Of a DNA stretch of 64,000 nt, positions 19,819 to 28,530 are shown piece after piece. The translations under genes were made by a program, and so were the position numbers. The DNA comes from Desulfatiglandales bacterium. Its GTDB lineage: Bacteria > Desulfobacterota > DSM-4660 > Desulfatiglandales > HGW-15. The number at the start of each line of letters is the position of its first letter. The first letter of the stretch is position 1. The stretch covers positions 3,488,001-3,552,000 of the forward strand of contig CAXXJJ010000004.1 in NCBI GenBank assembly GCA_963667015.2, read 5' to 3'. The notes under the pieces were generated by a model, which was not told the origin of the DNA, did not search any database, and saw only the letters and a program-made list of their open reading frames with translations.

Positions 19819-19967
19819 ATATTCTTTATACCCGTCTTTATCCAGTTTACAGATAGGTTGGAGATATCTGAAATTTTGTGAAGTCATTAATACTGTAGAT
19901 CAATAGCAGGTATATGTACTTTAAGGTAATGACTTATTTTGGTAGTCTTTACTTGAATAAAAATTAT

Positions 19968-20000
19968 GACTATGGCAAGTAATCTAAACCTGAGATATCC
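19968..20000 (+). repeat. 33-bp direct repeat, copy 1 (left of the DUF262 pair)
   Basis: GACTATGGCAAGTAATCTAAACCTGAGATATCC; 32/33 identical to 23875-23907. Confidence 0.9.
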
Positions 20001-20079
20001 TCAACATAGCAGATAGAAATTAATTTTTTAGAGTGCAACCTTTCATGTATCAAAAAATTATTTAAAAGGGCTAAATCAA

Positions 20080-21768
20080 ATGCAAAATATATTAGAACTG
20101 AAGATAATCAATGAGCTAAACGATTTTCATTTTTATATCCCATCATATCAGAGAGGATACAAATGGACACCTAAAGAGGTTGTTGATTTGCTCAACGACA
20201 TAAACGAGTTCCAGCCGAGACTAATTGGCGACACTGATGATAAAACTTGGTATTGTCTTCAACCAATTGTTGTTAAAAAAAGAGAAGAGAAACATTTTGA
20301 GGTTATTGATGGTCAGCAAAGGTTAACAACGATATATCTTATTTTGAATTACCTTAACCAGGATTTTATTGAAGACCGTAGGGATAAATTGTTTGTTTTG
20401 GATTATGAAACAAGAACAAATACAAAAAACTTCATAAATGAATTAGAAAGTCGAGAGACTACACATGATAATATAGATTTTTATCACATACATGAAGCTT
20501 ATAAAGCCATCAGACATTGGTTTGAAACTAAAGAATCAAACTTTAATAAATTGGAATTCGGGTCCAAGTTCAAGTTTAACTCCAAAATAATATGGTACGA
20601 GAGTGTGGAAGAAGACTCCATTTCAATTTTCACAAGAATCAACATGGGTAAAATACCTTTAACGAATGCAGAGCTGATAAAAGCTTTATTTCTAAATAGC
20701 GCAAATTTTGAGAAGAACCAACTTGACAAATTAAGACTAAAACAGCTGGAGATCTCTACCGAATGGGATTCCATAGAGCATGCCTTACAAAACGATCGTT
20801 TCTGGTATTTTTTAACGGAAAATAAATGTGCAACAAATAGAATTGAATTCATTTTCGACTTAATGAATGAGGAGGACGATGAAAGTGACAATTATTCAAC
20901 ATTTAGATATTTTAATAAAAAATTTCAAAAAAAATCCCAAGAAAATATTGAGAAGAATTGGAAAGAAATAAAAGACCATTATCAGAGGTTTTCCGAGTGG
21001 TTTGGAGAACGCGATCTTTATCATAAAATAGGGTATCTAATCTGTATTAAAGTTATATCGTTAAAAGAGCTTTATCAGATCTCAATACATTCTTCTAAAA
21101 GTGATTTTAAAAATTATCTGGATAAATTAATTCGAGATGACCTAAAGGCTGTATCACTAGAAGAATTACAATATGGTGACAAACATGTTAAAAAGGTTTT
21201 TCTTCTATATAATCTGTTGACAATGCTTAATAATTCTCAAGATAATTCGTATTTTCCATTTGATATATATAAAACAGAAAACTGGGATATCGAGCATATA
21301 ACCTCGGTTAAAGATGCAGTTCCAGAAAACAACAGAGAATCTTGGCTTGATGACGCTAAAAACTTTATTGACACATCTCAAATTGGTGCCAATAAATTGT
21401 TAGAGAGAGCTGAAAATTGTAATTGTAATGATGATTTGGAATTTAAACAACTTTTTGAAGATATCGTGACCCATTTTAATTCTGATATAAATGACGAAGA
21501 CATTAATGACATATCAAACCTGTCCTTATTGGATTCGGAAACAAATCGTGGGTATAAAAACGCGGTATTTCCTTTCAAAAGAAAAACAATAATTAATAGA
21601 GATAAAGCTGGGACTTTCATTCCCATTTGTACAAAAAATGTTTTTCTTAAATACTTTAGTGAGTACCCTCCAAAAATATCGTTTTGGACTCAAGATGATA
21701 GAGAAAGATATGAAGACGATATATATAAAGTTCTTAACAACTATTTAGGTGAGAGTCAAAATGGATGA
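20080..21768 (+). CDS. GmrSD-like DUF262 + DUF1524 (HNH) restriction endonuclease
   Basis: IPSYQRGYKW, IDGQQRLTT, FTRINMGK; C-terminal WDIEHI...NLSLLD..N; AT-rich. Confidence 0.88.
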   Translation: MQNILELKIINELNDFHFYIPSYQRGYKWTPKEVVDLLNDINEFQPRLIGDTDDKTWYCLQPIVVKKREEKHFEVIDGQQRLTTIYLILNYLNQDFIEDRRDKLFVLDYETRTNTKNFINELESRETTHDNIDFYHIHEAYKAIRHWFETKESNFNKLEFGSKFKFNSKIIWYESVEEDSISIFTRINMGKIPLTNAELIKALFLNSANFEKNQLDKLRLKQLEISTEWDSIEHALQNDRFWYFLTENKCATNRIEFIFDLMNEEDDESDNYSTFRYFNKKFQKKSQENIEKNWKEIKDHYQRFSEWFGERDLYHKIGYLICIKVISLKELYQISIHSSKSDFKNYLDKLIRDDLKAVSLEELQYGDKHVKKVFLLYNLLTMLNNSQDNSYFPFDIYKTENWDIEHITSVKDAVPENNRESWLDDAKNFIDTSQIGANKLLERAENCNCNDDLEFKQLFEDIVTHFNSDINDEDINDISNLSLLDSETNRGYKNAVFPFKRKTIINRDKAGTFIPICTKNVFLKYFSEYPPKISFWTQDDRERYEDDIYKVLNNYLGESQNG

Positions 21769-23758
21769 AACTAAATATGAAGGCAAAATATTAACTTTTT
21801 TTGAGTTAATTGATGATTCTAGTATCGAAGTTCCAATAATTCAAAGAGATTATGCACAAGGAAGAATCGACAAAACAGAGATCAGAGAAAATTTTCTGAA
21901 AGCCTTGTTTGAAAGTTTGAAAAACGAGAAGCCAATTCAACTTGATTTTATTTATGGGAGTAAATTAAATGACTCATTCCAACCATTAGATGGCCAGCAA
22001 AGATTAACAACATTATTTCTACTACATTGGTACGCTGCATCTCGAACAGAAAACTATGAACAAAACAAAATTAAATTAAAAAAATTCACCTATGAAACCA
22101 GAATTACATCGAGAGAATTTTGTCAAGAACTAATAAATAATGAGATAGGAATAAATAATACAGACGATAAATTAAGTTCAAGAATAATAGATTCAAATTG
22201 GTTCTTTCTTTCATGGAAAAAGGACCCAACAATTGACTCGATGTTAAGAACTATTGATGATATTCACAAATTTTTCAATGAGATTGATAATTTGTGGGAG
22301 TTGCTTACTTCGGAAAAACAGCTGATATCATTTTACTATGTGTTACTAGAGAACATTGGTCTCACTGATGATTTGTATATAAAAATGAATGCTAGAGGAA
22401 GATTATTAACACCATTTGAAAATTTTAAAGCTGGTCTTCAAAAGGAAATCCAAGATAATAATTGGGAAGAAGGGATAGGTCATTTAGAAAAATTTTCTTT
22501 TAAAATTGATAATATTTGGACAGACTATTTCTGGTCAAATTTCAAGAAGCAGAATAGTATTGATATAGCACAGATGAGGTTTATATCTGCTATTGCCATG
22601 ATAAGAGCTACCATTGAAAGAACCAGTGATAGATTTTCTGTTATACAAAATCTACATGACCATCCAGAGAATGTTAAACCAAGTCATTTTTCCAAAGAAG
22701 CATTTGAATATTTGGTTTCTTGTTACGAAACTTATTGTAAACCTGAGATAAATGCTAACGACCTTAAATTAGAATTTCCAATGTGGAGGCATGAGCCAAA
22801 CAACTCAATACTCTCTGAAATCGTTTATGAAACAGGGCAATATTCGCAAGCTAGTGTGAATAGCGCCTCGTATACATTGATAGTTTTATTTTTTGCACAA
22901 ACCGAATACCTATCCAGAGTCAGCGATTTTAATCGATCATATTTTAGAGAATGGATGCGGGTGGTGAGAAATATTGTTTCAAGAGGAGATATTGATAAAG
23001 ATGGTAAAAGACCAGATATTATTCGCAGTCCTCAAACATTTGATGGCGTAATAAACCTCATAAGCGAATTAGCTACCGGATGCGCAAATATCTATAAATA
23101 TTTAGATTCACTAAGTAACACTAAGTCCACATTTGCAAGATATCAAATTATGGAGGAATTAAAAAAATCAAAGCTGATTGTTAATAAGCCAAGTTTAAAA
23201 GAGTTGATATGGAAAACAGAAGATAACGAGCTTTTACGAGGTAGAATTGATTTTGTTTTTTATTGCATCGATTATAAGAATGATCTTGAAAGTCTCAATG
23301 AAGACGCTTTGTCTAAAGTTCAACAGGTTTTTGAAAATTATTTTAACTCTGAAACAAAAGTCTCTAATCTTTTAAGACGGGCTATGCTGACAATTGAAGT
23401 CAATGGTGAATATGAATTTTATAATTACTGGTGGTCATTTTGGACAGTCGGGAATGCCACTAAAAGGCGTCTGTTCGATGGCTTTAGAGAAATTGAATAT
23501 TTTATAGAAAGTGATCAGAAAGAATATTTTAAAAAGCTTGTTCTGCAATTATTAGATAAAGACTATGATTCAATTATCAATGATTTTGTACCCCCTCAGG
23601 AAATGCCTAATTGGAAAAAGAGATTAATAAAGGAACCTGAATTATTAGATACTCAAGGCAAGTCAAAATACATTGCTATACCTGAAGACAATAGCTGCTG
23701 CTACCTCTTAAAAAGTAAACGCCCAAGGGATATGGAAGGATGTGTAAAAATTGATTGA
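21761..23758 (+). CDS. DUF262 (GmrS-like) domain protein with unrecognised C-terminal region
   Basis: VPIIQRDYAQGR, LDGQQRLTT, IKMNARG; overlaps the upstream gene by 8 nt. Confidence 0.85.
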   Translation: MDETKYEGKILTFFELIDDSSIEVPIIQRDYAQGRIDKTEIRENFLKALFESLKNEKPIQLDFIYGSKLNDSFQPLDGQQRLTTLFLLHWYAASRTENYEQNKIKLKKFTYETRITSREFCQELINNEIGINNTDDKLSSRIIDSNWFFLSWKKDPTIDSMLRTIDDIHKFFNEIDNLWELLTSEKQLISFYYVLLENIGLTDDLYIKMNARGRLLTPFENFKAGLQKEIQDNNWEEGIGHLEKFSFKIDNIWTDYFWSNFKKQNSIDIAQMRFISAIAMIRATIERTSDRFSVIQNLHDHPENVKPSHFSKEAFEYLVSCYETYCKPEINANDLKLEFPMWRHEPNNSILSEIVYETGQYSQASVNSASYTLIVLFFAQTEYLSRVSDFNRSYFREWMRVVRNIVSRGDIDKDGKRPDIIRSPQTFDGVINLISELATGCANIYKYLDSLSNTKSTFARYQIMEELKKSKLIVNKPSLKELIWKTEDNELLRGRIDFVFYCIDYKNDLESLNEDALSKVQQVFENYFNSETKVSNLLRRAMLTIEVNGEYEFYNYWWSFWTVGNATKRRLFDGFREIEYFIESDQKEYFKKLVLQLLDKDYDSIINDFVPPQEMPNWKKRLIKEPELLDTQGKSKYIAIPEDNSCCYLLKSKRPRDMEGCVKID

Positions 23759-23874
23759 GCAATAACATAATAGGTCAAGATGTATAGTGAAACTGCTTGC
23801 GCCTGTGAAAATGTTATTACAGAGTATAGACTACTGCTATTAATATAACAGTAACGATTGATCGGGAATATGAA

Positions 23875-23907
23875 GACTATGGCAAGTAGTCTAAACCTGA
23901 GATATCC
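23875..23907 (+). repeat. 33-bp direct repeat, copy 2 (right of the DUF262 pair)
   Basis: GACTATGGCAAGTAGTCTAAACCTGAGATATCC. Confidence 0.9.
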
Positions 23908-24049
23908 AGACCATATCACAGTGATATGGATACCTGACATACATAGCAGTGATCTGCACTTCAGGCTAATGATTAATTAAAAGAATAGGCAGTCTTTACT
24001 TGAATATCGACCGTATATATGGCAAGTAATATTTTCTTATCTTATTATT

Positions 24050-24122
24050 AAATAACGATCTTTCTGTCTGTATAACTCCACAAAAGTAAAGTTATCCAGA
24101 ACTAGTGAATCACTTGTTAGAG
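24050..24122 (+). other. Integron-type recombination site (attI-like or degenerate attC) ending in core GTTAGAG
   Basis: GTTAGAGGT at 24116 is the exact reverse complement of ACCTCTAAC at 24845; an imperfect hairpin TCTGTATAAC...GTTATCCAGA precedes it. Confidence 0.55.
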
Positions 24123-24135
24123 GTAAGAGCTCAAT

Positions 24136-24852
24136 ATGATCGACTTATCAAAAATAGATTTTAATAGTCGAGCGAAACAAAGGCTTCTCCAAATATATGC
24201 AGTACTGTATTTTATGGAACAAGGATACTCACATACTAAAGCTATCCAAAGTGCATTAACAAAGTTCAAACAGGTAAAAGATTCACAGACGATTCATGAT
24301 AAATGTGCAAGACAGTTTGCGGGTAATATCGGAACGTTTGTGGAGTGGCATAGACTTGGAATAATAACTTCAAAGCTTAAGGAAAAATTACATATTAATG
24401 AGCACGACATTAACATCTTTAAAAAATTATTAAAAAACGAGAATCATTTATTAGAAACAAAATCTGTTGAGGATGCAGAAGGTATATTCGGAAAACCGGA
24501 AGATAATAAAACAGTCGAAGAATTTGCAATTAATTACACAGTAAATCTTTTTCAAAATGAAGGTTGGTATGTCGAGTCTGTAGAATCATTAAAATGTGGA
24601 TTCGATCTGCTGTGTACACGTGATGAAGAAATATTAAATGTTGAAGTTAAGGGGACGTCAGGGACTGAATTAAAATTTATTATGACGAAAAATGAAGTAA
24701 AAGAAGCTGAGATAAATCCTAATTTCCTATTGATTGTTGTAACTAATGCAAACACAAATTTAGCTTCTCACTTTAAATTTCAACCGAAGGAGTTATTCCA
24801 GAAATTTACAATTACACCTTTGGAGTTTTTAGTTAACCAGAAAAACCTCTAA
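24136..24852 (+). CDS. DUF3883 (PD-(D/E)xK) nuclease-domain protein, integron-cassette-like
   Basis: C-terminal VEEFAI...GFDL...VEVKG...MTKNE; unrecognised N-terminal helical domain. Confidence 0.8.
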   Translation: MIDLSKIDFNSRAKQRLLQIYAVLYFMEQGYSHTKAIQSALTKFKQVKDSQTIHDKCARQFAGNIGTFVEWHRLGIITSKLKEKLHINEHDINIFKKLLKNENHLLETKSVEDAEGIFGKPEDNKTVEEFAINYTVNLFQNEGWYVESVESLKCGFDLLCTRDEEILNVEVKGTSGTELKFIMTKNEVKEAEINPNFLLIVVTNANTNLASHFKFQPKELFQKFTITPLEFLVNQKNL

Positions 24853-24979
24853 CTATTATCAGCATCTACAAGGACATGCTACTATATCGCCGAATCGTTC
24901 TTTTAAGGTACGCGGTGATTCTTATAAATAATAATCTTTAAAGGTATGCACCACATGCCTGTAATGCAGCGCGTTATAT
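24847..24979 (+). other. attC-like site
   Basis: Inverse core CTCTAAC overlaps the stop codon; arms GCATCTACAAGGACATG / CATGCCTGTAATGC pair with bulged bases; core GTTATAT. Confidence 0.7.
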
Positions 24980-25003
24980 CAAAATTCATTTCGGGGGTGT
25001 AAG

Positions 25004-26107
25004 TTGGATAAAGAACCAAACATACTTCAGGATATTAAAGGACTAATCTTTCCATCTCAAAATGACAATCTATTAATTCGTGATGAGCATAAAACATTAA
25101 TTGAGGCTTTTTTATCTCACCCTGTTCTAGAAACTGCTAGAGATCTTTATAATTTCATTAAAAAGGTACATAAGAAAGATGGAATATTCACCCATATGGA
25201 TGATTTGCGTTTGTATGAAAAAACACTGATTGCAATTTTACCGGAACAACGTGATCACTATATACATTCTGCAAGTGTGTATGTCCTTGGTCTCGCAATA
25301 TACAATTCAATTTCAAAAATTCGTGATTCAGTACGTACTAATCGTCATCAACATGATATCCATTCACAAAAAACATCCTTTTTGTTTCGCTGGTCATTGG
25401 CCGCATGTTTACATGATATTGCTTATCCATTAGAGATTACTTTAAAATCATTCAATAAATATTCGACTAAACTCCACGAAATCGAAAGAGATGACTTTTC
25501 TTTTGTTGAAATTAACAGTGACCTCTATGATAGGTTTAATCTTCTCCCAATTTTAACACCAAACGAAAACGTTGATTTAATAAAAAAGGATACTGCTCTT
25601 GGGCTTATATCCTATCGTTTAGTTGAGGATCGTAAAAATTCAAAAGTATCTTATGATACTCTTTTAAAAATAATTGAAAAATATTATGAATCTAATTTAA
25701 GAAGAGGAAGAATTGATCATGGTGCATTTTCAGCAGTTTTAATATTAAATCGTATCCATAGTCTATATGAAAAAAACAATTGGCCAGCAAGAGACTTCTA
25801 CTATGAAATAGTTGACGCAGCCACCGCAATCTTTTTACATAATGCTTATAAATATTCTATTCTTAAGGAAATATTTGGCTCAGGTATTTATAAATACGAT
25901 TCCCCTTCACCATTAGGTTATCTACTTTATCTTTGTGATTCATTGTGTGAATGGTTGCGAAAAAAAAATAGAGATGCACATCATTTTAGATTTAAAATAC
26001 ATGAAGATAAAATACAGTACACGGCTCCTAAAAAAGCTAAAAAGAACATTGAAAAAGCAATAAAATTGTTTGATGAAAGAATACCTGTTGATATTACTTA
26101 TGGATAA
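25004..26107 (+). CDS. Stand-alone HD-domain metal-dependent phosphohydrolase, integron-cassette-like
   Basis: RDHYIHS, LHDIAYP, IDHG, AIFLHN, LLYLCD; TTG start after GGGGGTG; AT-rich. Confidence 0.78.
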   Translation: MDKEPNILQDIKGLIFPSQNDNLLIRDEHKTLIEAFLSHPVLETARDLYNFIKKVHKKDGIFTHMDDLRLYEKTLIAILPEQRDHYIHSASVYVLGLAIYNSISKIRDSVRTNRHQHDIHSQKTSFLFRWSLAACLHDIAYPLEITLKSFNKYSTKLHEIERDDFSFVEINSDLYDRFNLLPILTPNENVDLIKKDTALGLISYRLVEDRKNSKVSYDTLLKIIEKYYESNLRRGRIDHGAFSAVLILNRIHSLYEKNNWPARDFYYEIVDAATAIFLHNAYKYSILKEIFGSGIYKYDSPSPLGYLLYLCDSLCEWLRKKNRDAHHFRFKIHEDKIQYTAPKKAKKNIEKAIKLFDERIPVDITYG

Positions 26108-26117
26108 CATCACAAAA

Positions 26118-26139
26118 GATATAACAATCCAATAAACGC
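26118..26139 (+). other. Truncated attC left half
   Basis: GATATAAC (reverse complement of GTTATATC at 24973) followed by AATCCAATAAACGC; no matching right arm seen. Confidence 0.55.
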
Positions 26140-26539
26140 AATGCCGACAAGGGACCTTGCCAGGCTAGTTGTCGGCATGTTAAAAAGTGCTATCTTGCCA
26201 GTATCTGAAAATTTCACACTCCTGAAATTCTTGGATTTCTTCTGCATATATGTACTTCATAATGTTGTGACTACTGCTATAAGTCATAATATTTTCCAGT
26301 ATCGGAAAATTAAAAGGCTTCGATAATTAATCGTAAGTACAGATACCTTGCCTTATGTTGCGAGTTCACTTAACCCATTGAAAAAAGGAAGTTATCAGAA
26401 CAAGTCTTCGGATATTTCAAATAACCATAAAAAGCAATGAGTTATCCTGCTTTTTGATGATGACAGAGATAGAACTGATAACATAATAATATTCCGCCTA
26501 TTATACTTATTCCTTTAACCGGCAGGATGTTCTCCCGGT

Positions 26540-27577
26540 CTATAAACTATCAAGCCATGCCATCATATCTTTGTCACTCTCCCATTGAAGTAGGTCTTGT
26601 ATTTTTGAATCGGATATGATTACCGATTTCATATATCTGATAAAGAGCTTTTGTATATCGCGTTTGTGCTTGAGATCAAGATGGAGATAAATAGTTGTTG
26701 ACTGGATATTGTCATGTCCTAAACGGTTTTTAATATCCGTGATAGATTCACCGCGGTAAAGGAGGTCCACTGCTCTTGAATGCCGGAAACTGTGTGCAGG
26801 GTTGATGTACTTTAGTCGTTTTGCCGGGATGGCTATAGAAAGGTATTTTTTACAGAGACGATAAATACCATGCCTTGTAAGCTCTTCTCTTCTTTGATTG
26901 ATAAAGATACGGTGTTTGTATTGCGCTTTCGGCTCTACACGATATTTTTTGATATAAAGCTGCAAGAGCTGAGAAGTTCTTTTTTCAAGTGGTATGATGC
27001 GGAAGCGATTCCCCTTTCCCAGGATGGCAAGTGTATTATGGTCAGGATCGAAGTAATCGATATTAAGGGCTGTGATCTCACTGGCCCTGGCCCCTGAGTC
27101 ATAGAGAAGATGAAGCAGGGTATAATCGCGGAAGCCGTCCCTTTTTTTGATGTCTACACATTGAAAGACCTTTAGAATCTCATCCTGATAGAGAAATCCT
27201 ACCAGCGTTTTCTGAGTGCGCTTCTGGGGAATATTAAGTATCCTGTCTGCCAGTTCCCTGTATTCGGGACACATAAACCGGATCATTTTAGCAAAGGACT
27301 TAATGGCAGCCAGTCTTTGATTCCGGGTCTTTGCAAGATTATTACGCTCAATCTGCAGTTCGTTCAGGAATGCAATAATCACCTCTGATGAGATATGCTC
27401 CACCTTGAGAGAGCTTATTTTGTTGTCATAATATTTTGCAATAAAAGGCAGAAAAAGCCTGAAGGTATCACGGTAGGATTTGACAGTATTATGACTTACT
27501 CCCTTGATGTGGGGAAGGTATTGTTCAAAGAACTTATGGACAGCAGTAGATATCTTCATTCCTTCCTCTTCTGCCAT
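26540..27577 (-). CDS. Tyrosine recombinase (RIT gene C)
   Basis: GARASE, GKG, HSFRH, LGH...TTIY; true start may be 27559. Confidence 0.92.
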   Translation of the reverse strand: MAEEEGMKISTAVHKFFEQYLPHIKGVSHNTVKSYRDTFRLFLPFIAKYYDNKISSLKVEHISSEVIIAFLNELQIERNNLAKTRNQRLAAIKSFAKMIRFMCPEYRELADRILNIPQKRTQKTLVGFLYQDEILKVFQCVDIKKRDGFRDYTLLHLLYDSGARASEITALNIDYFDPDHNTLAILGKGNRFRIIPLEKRTSQLLQLYIKKYRVEPKAQYKHRIFINQRREELTRHGIYRLCKKYLSIAIPAKRLKYINPAHSFRHSRAVDLLYRGESITDIKNRLGHDNIQSTTIYLHLDLKHKRDIQKLFIRYMKSVIISDSKIQDLLQWESDKDMMAWLDSL

Positions 27578-28530
27578 AAAGAAAAATCCACCAGATTTTT
27601 ACGGCTGATCGCATCCATGACCCTGAGATAAACACTGGTGTATTTGTATTCCGCATGGCCCATATAAGCAGCAAGCACCGGAAGGGCATTCTGCGGAGAT
27701 TGTCCTCGTTTTTTAACGTTCAGCAGGGTATTTACTGCGAAACTGTGTCTGAGGCTATGAGGTGTGGGCTGACTGAAGTTCACATTCCCTATGATTTTTC
27801 TTGGCTGGTCAAGCCCGATATCTTCTACGGCTTTATGGAATAAATTGCGTATACGATAGTCTCTTATGGCTTTGAGGCCTTTCCCTGCCAGTAGATATGG
27901 ATTCTCATCATTGGGGCATGCATGCCTGCGCACAGCAAGATAGTTTTCTATCTCCGATTTTACGTCCCCTGGTATGGGGATCAACCTCTGTTTCTTAAAC
28001 TTGGTCTTTTTAATATACAGGGTAGCGTCATCCCTGTTGTAATGATGTCTCATAAGTTTCAGTGGTTCTGATATCCTCATACCGCATCGTGCCAATAAAA
28101 GAATAACAAGGTACTCCGCAAGGTCAGTCAGAAAATACTGATTCTTTTTTCTTAATCTGTTACATGCGGCATTTAGTAATTGATCGGTTTGTTCACAGGA
28201 GAAAACAAAAGGAATGATGCTGTTTTCCCTGAGAGAGGGAATGTCCCGAAGGGGGTTTTCAACCAGGAGCTCCTGTCGTAAGAGGTAATTAAAAAAGACC
28301 CTCACTGAGGAGATCACCCTGTTGACACCACGTGGCTCTAACTCCAGGCTGGATCTCATCTCAAGAAAGTAAAAAGATTGAAGAGAATGCCAGTCAGCGT
28401 TTGTCTCTTTTAAATATCGATCAAGGACCAGAAGATTAGCCTGGGATAATTTTATGCTGTATCCCAGGCCTTGACGATAAGTAAGATAATCATTTAGTTG
28501 CGGAGCAAGAAAACTTTCAAAGTTCTTCAT
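27556..28530 (-). CDS. Tyrosine recombinase (RIT gene B)
   Basis: GMRISE, KTKF, HSLRHSFA, LPVLAAYMGH...VY. Confidence 0.92.
   Translation of the reverse strand: MKNFESFLAPQLNDYLTYRQGLGYSIKLSQANLLVLDRYLKETNADWHSLQSFYFLEMRSSLELEPRGVNRVISSVRVFFNYLLRQELLVENPLRDIPSLRENSIIPFVFSCEQTDQLLNAACNRLRKKNQYFLTDLAEYLVILLLARCGMRISEPLKLMRHHYNRDDATLYIKKTKFKKQRLIPIPGDVKSEIENYLAVRRHACPNDENPYLLAGKGLKAIRDYRIRNLFHKAVEDIGLDQPRKIIGNVNFSQPTPHSLRHSFAVNTLLNVKKRGQSPQNALPVLAAYMGHAEYKYTSVYLRVMDAISRKNLVDFSLWQKRKE

Noticed and set aside
23861..23872. 12-mer ATCGGGAATATG shared with 52031-52042
   Set aside because: A single 12-bp match is expected by chance in 64 kb and does not extend
19949..24029. Repeats as a CRISPR array
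   Set aside because: Only 2-3 partial copies, kilobases apart, with no regular spacers and no cas genes
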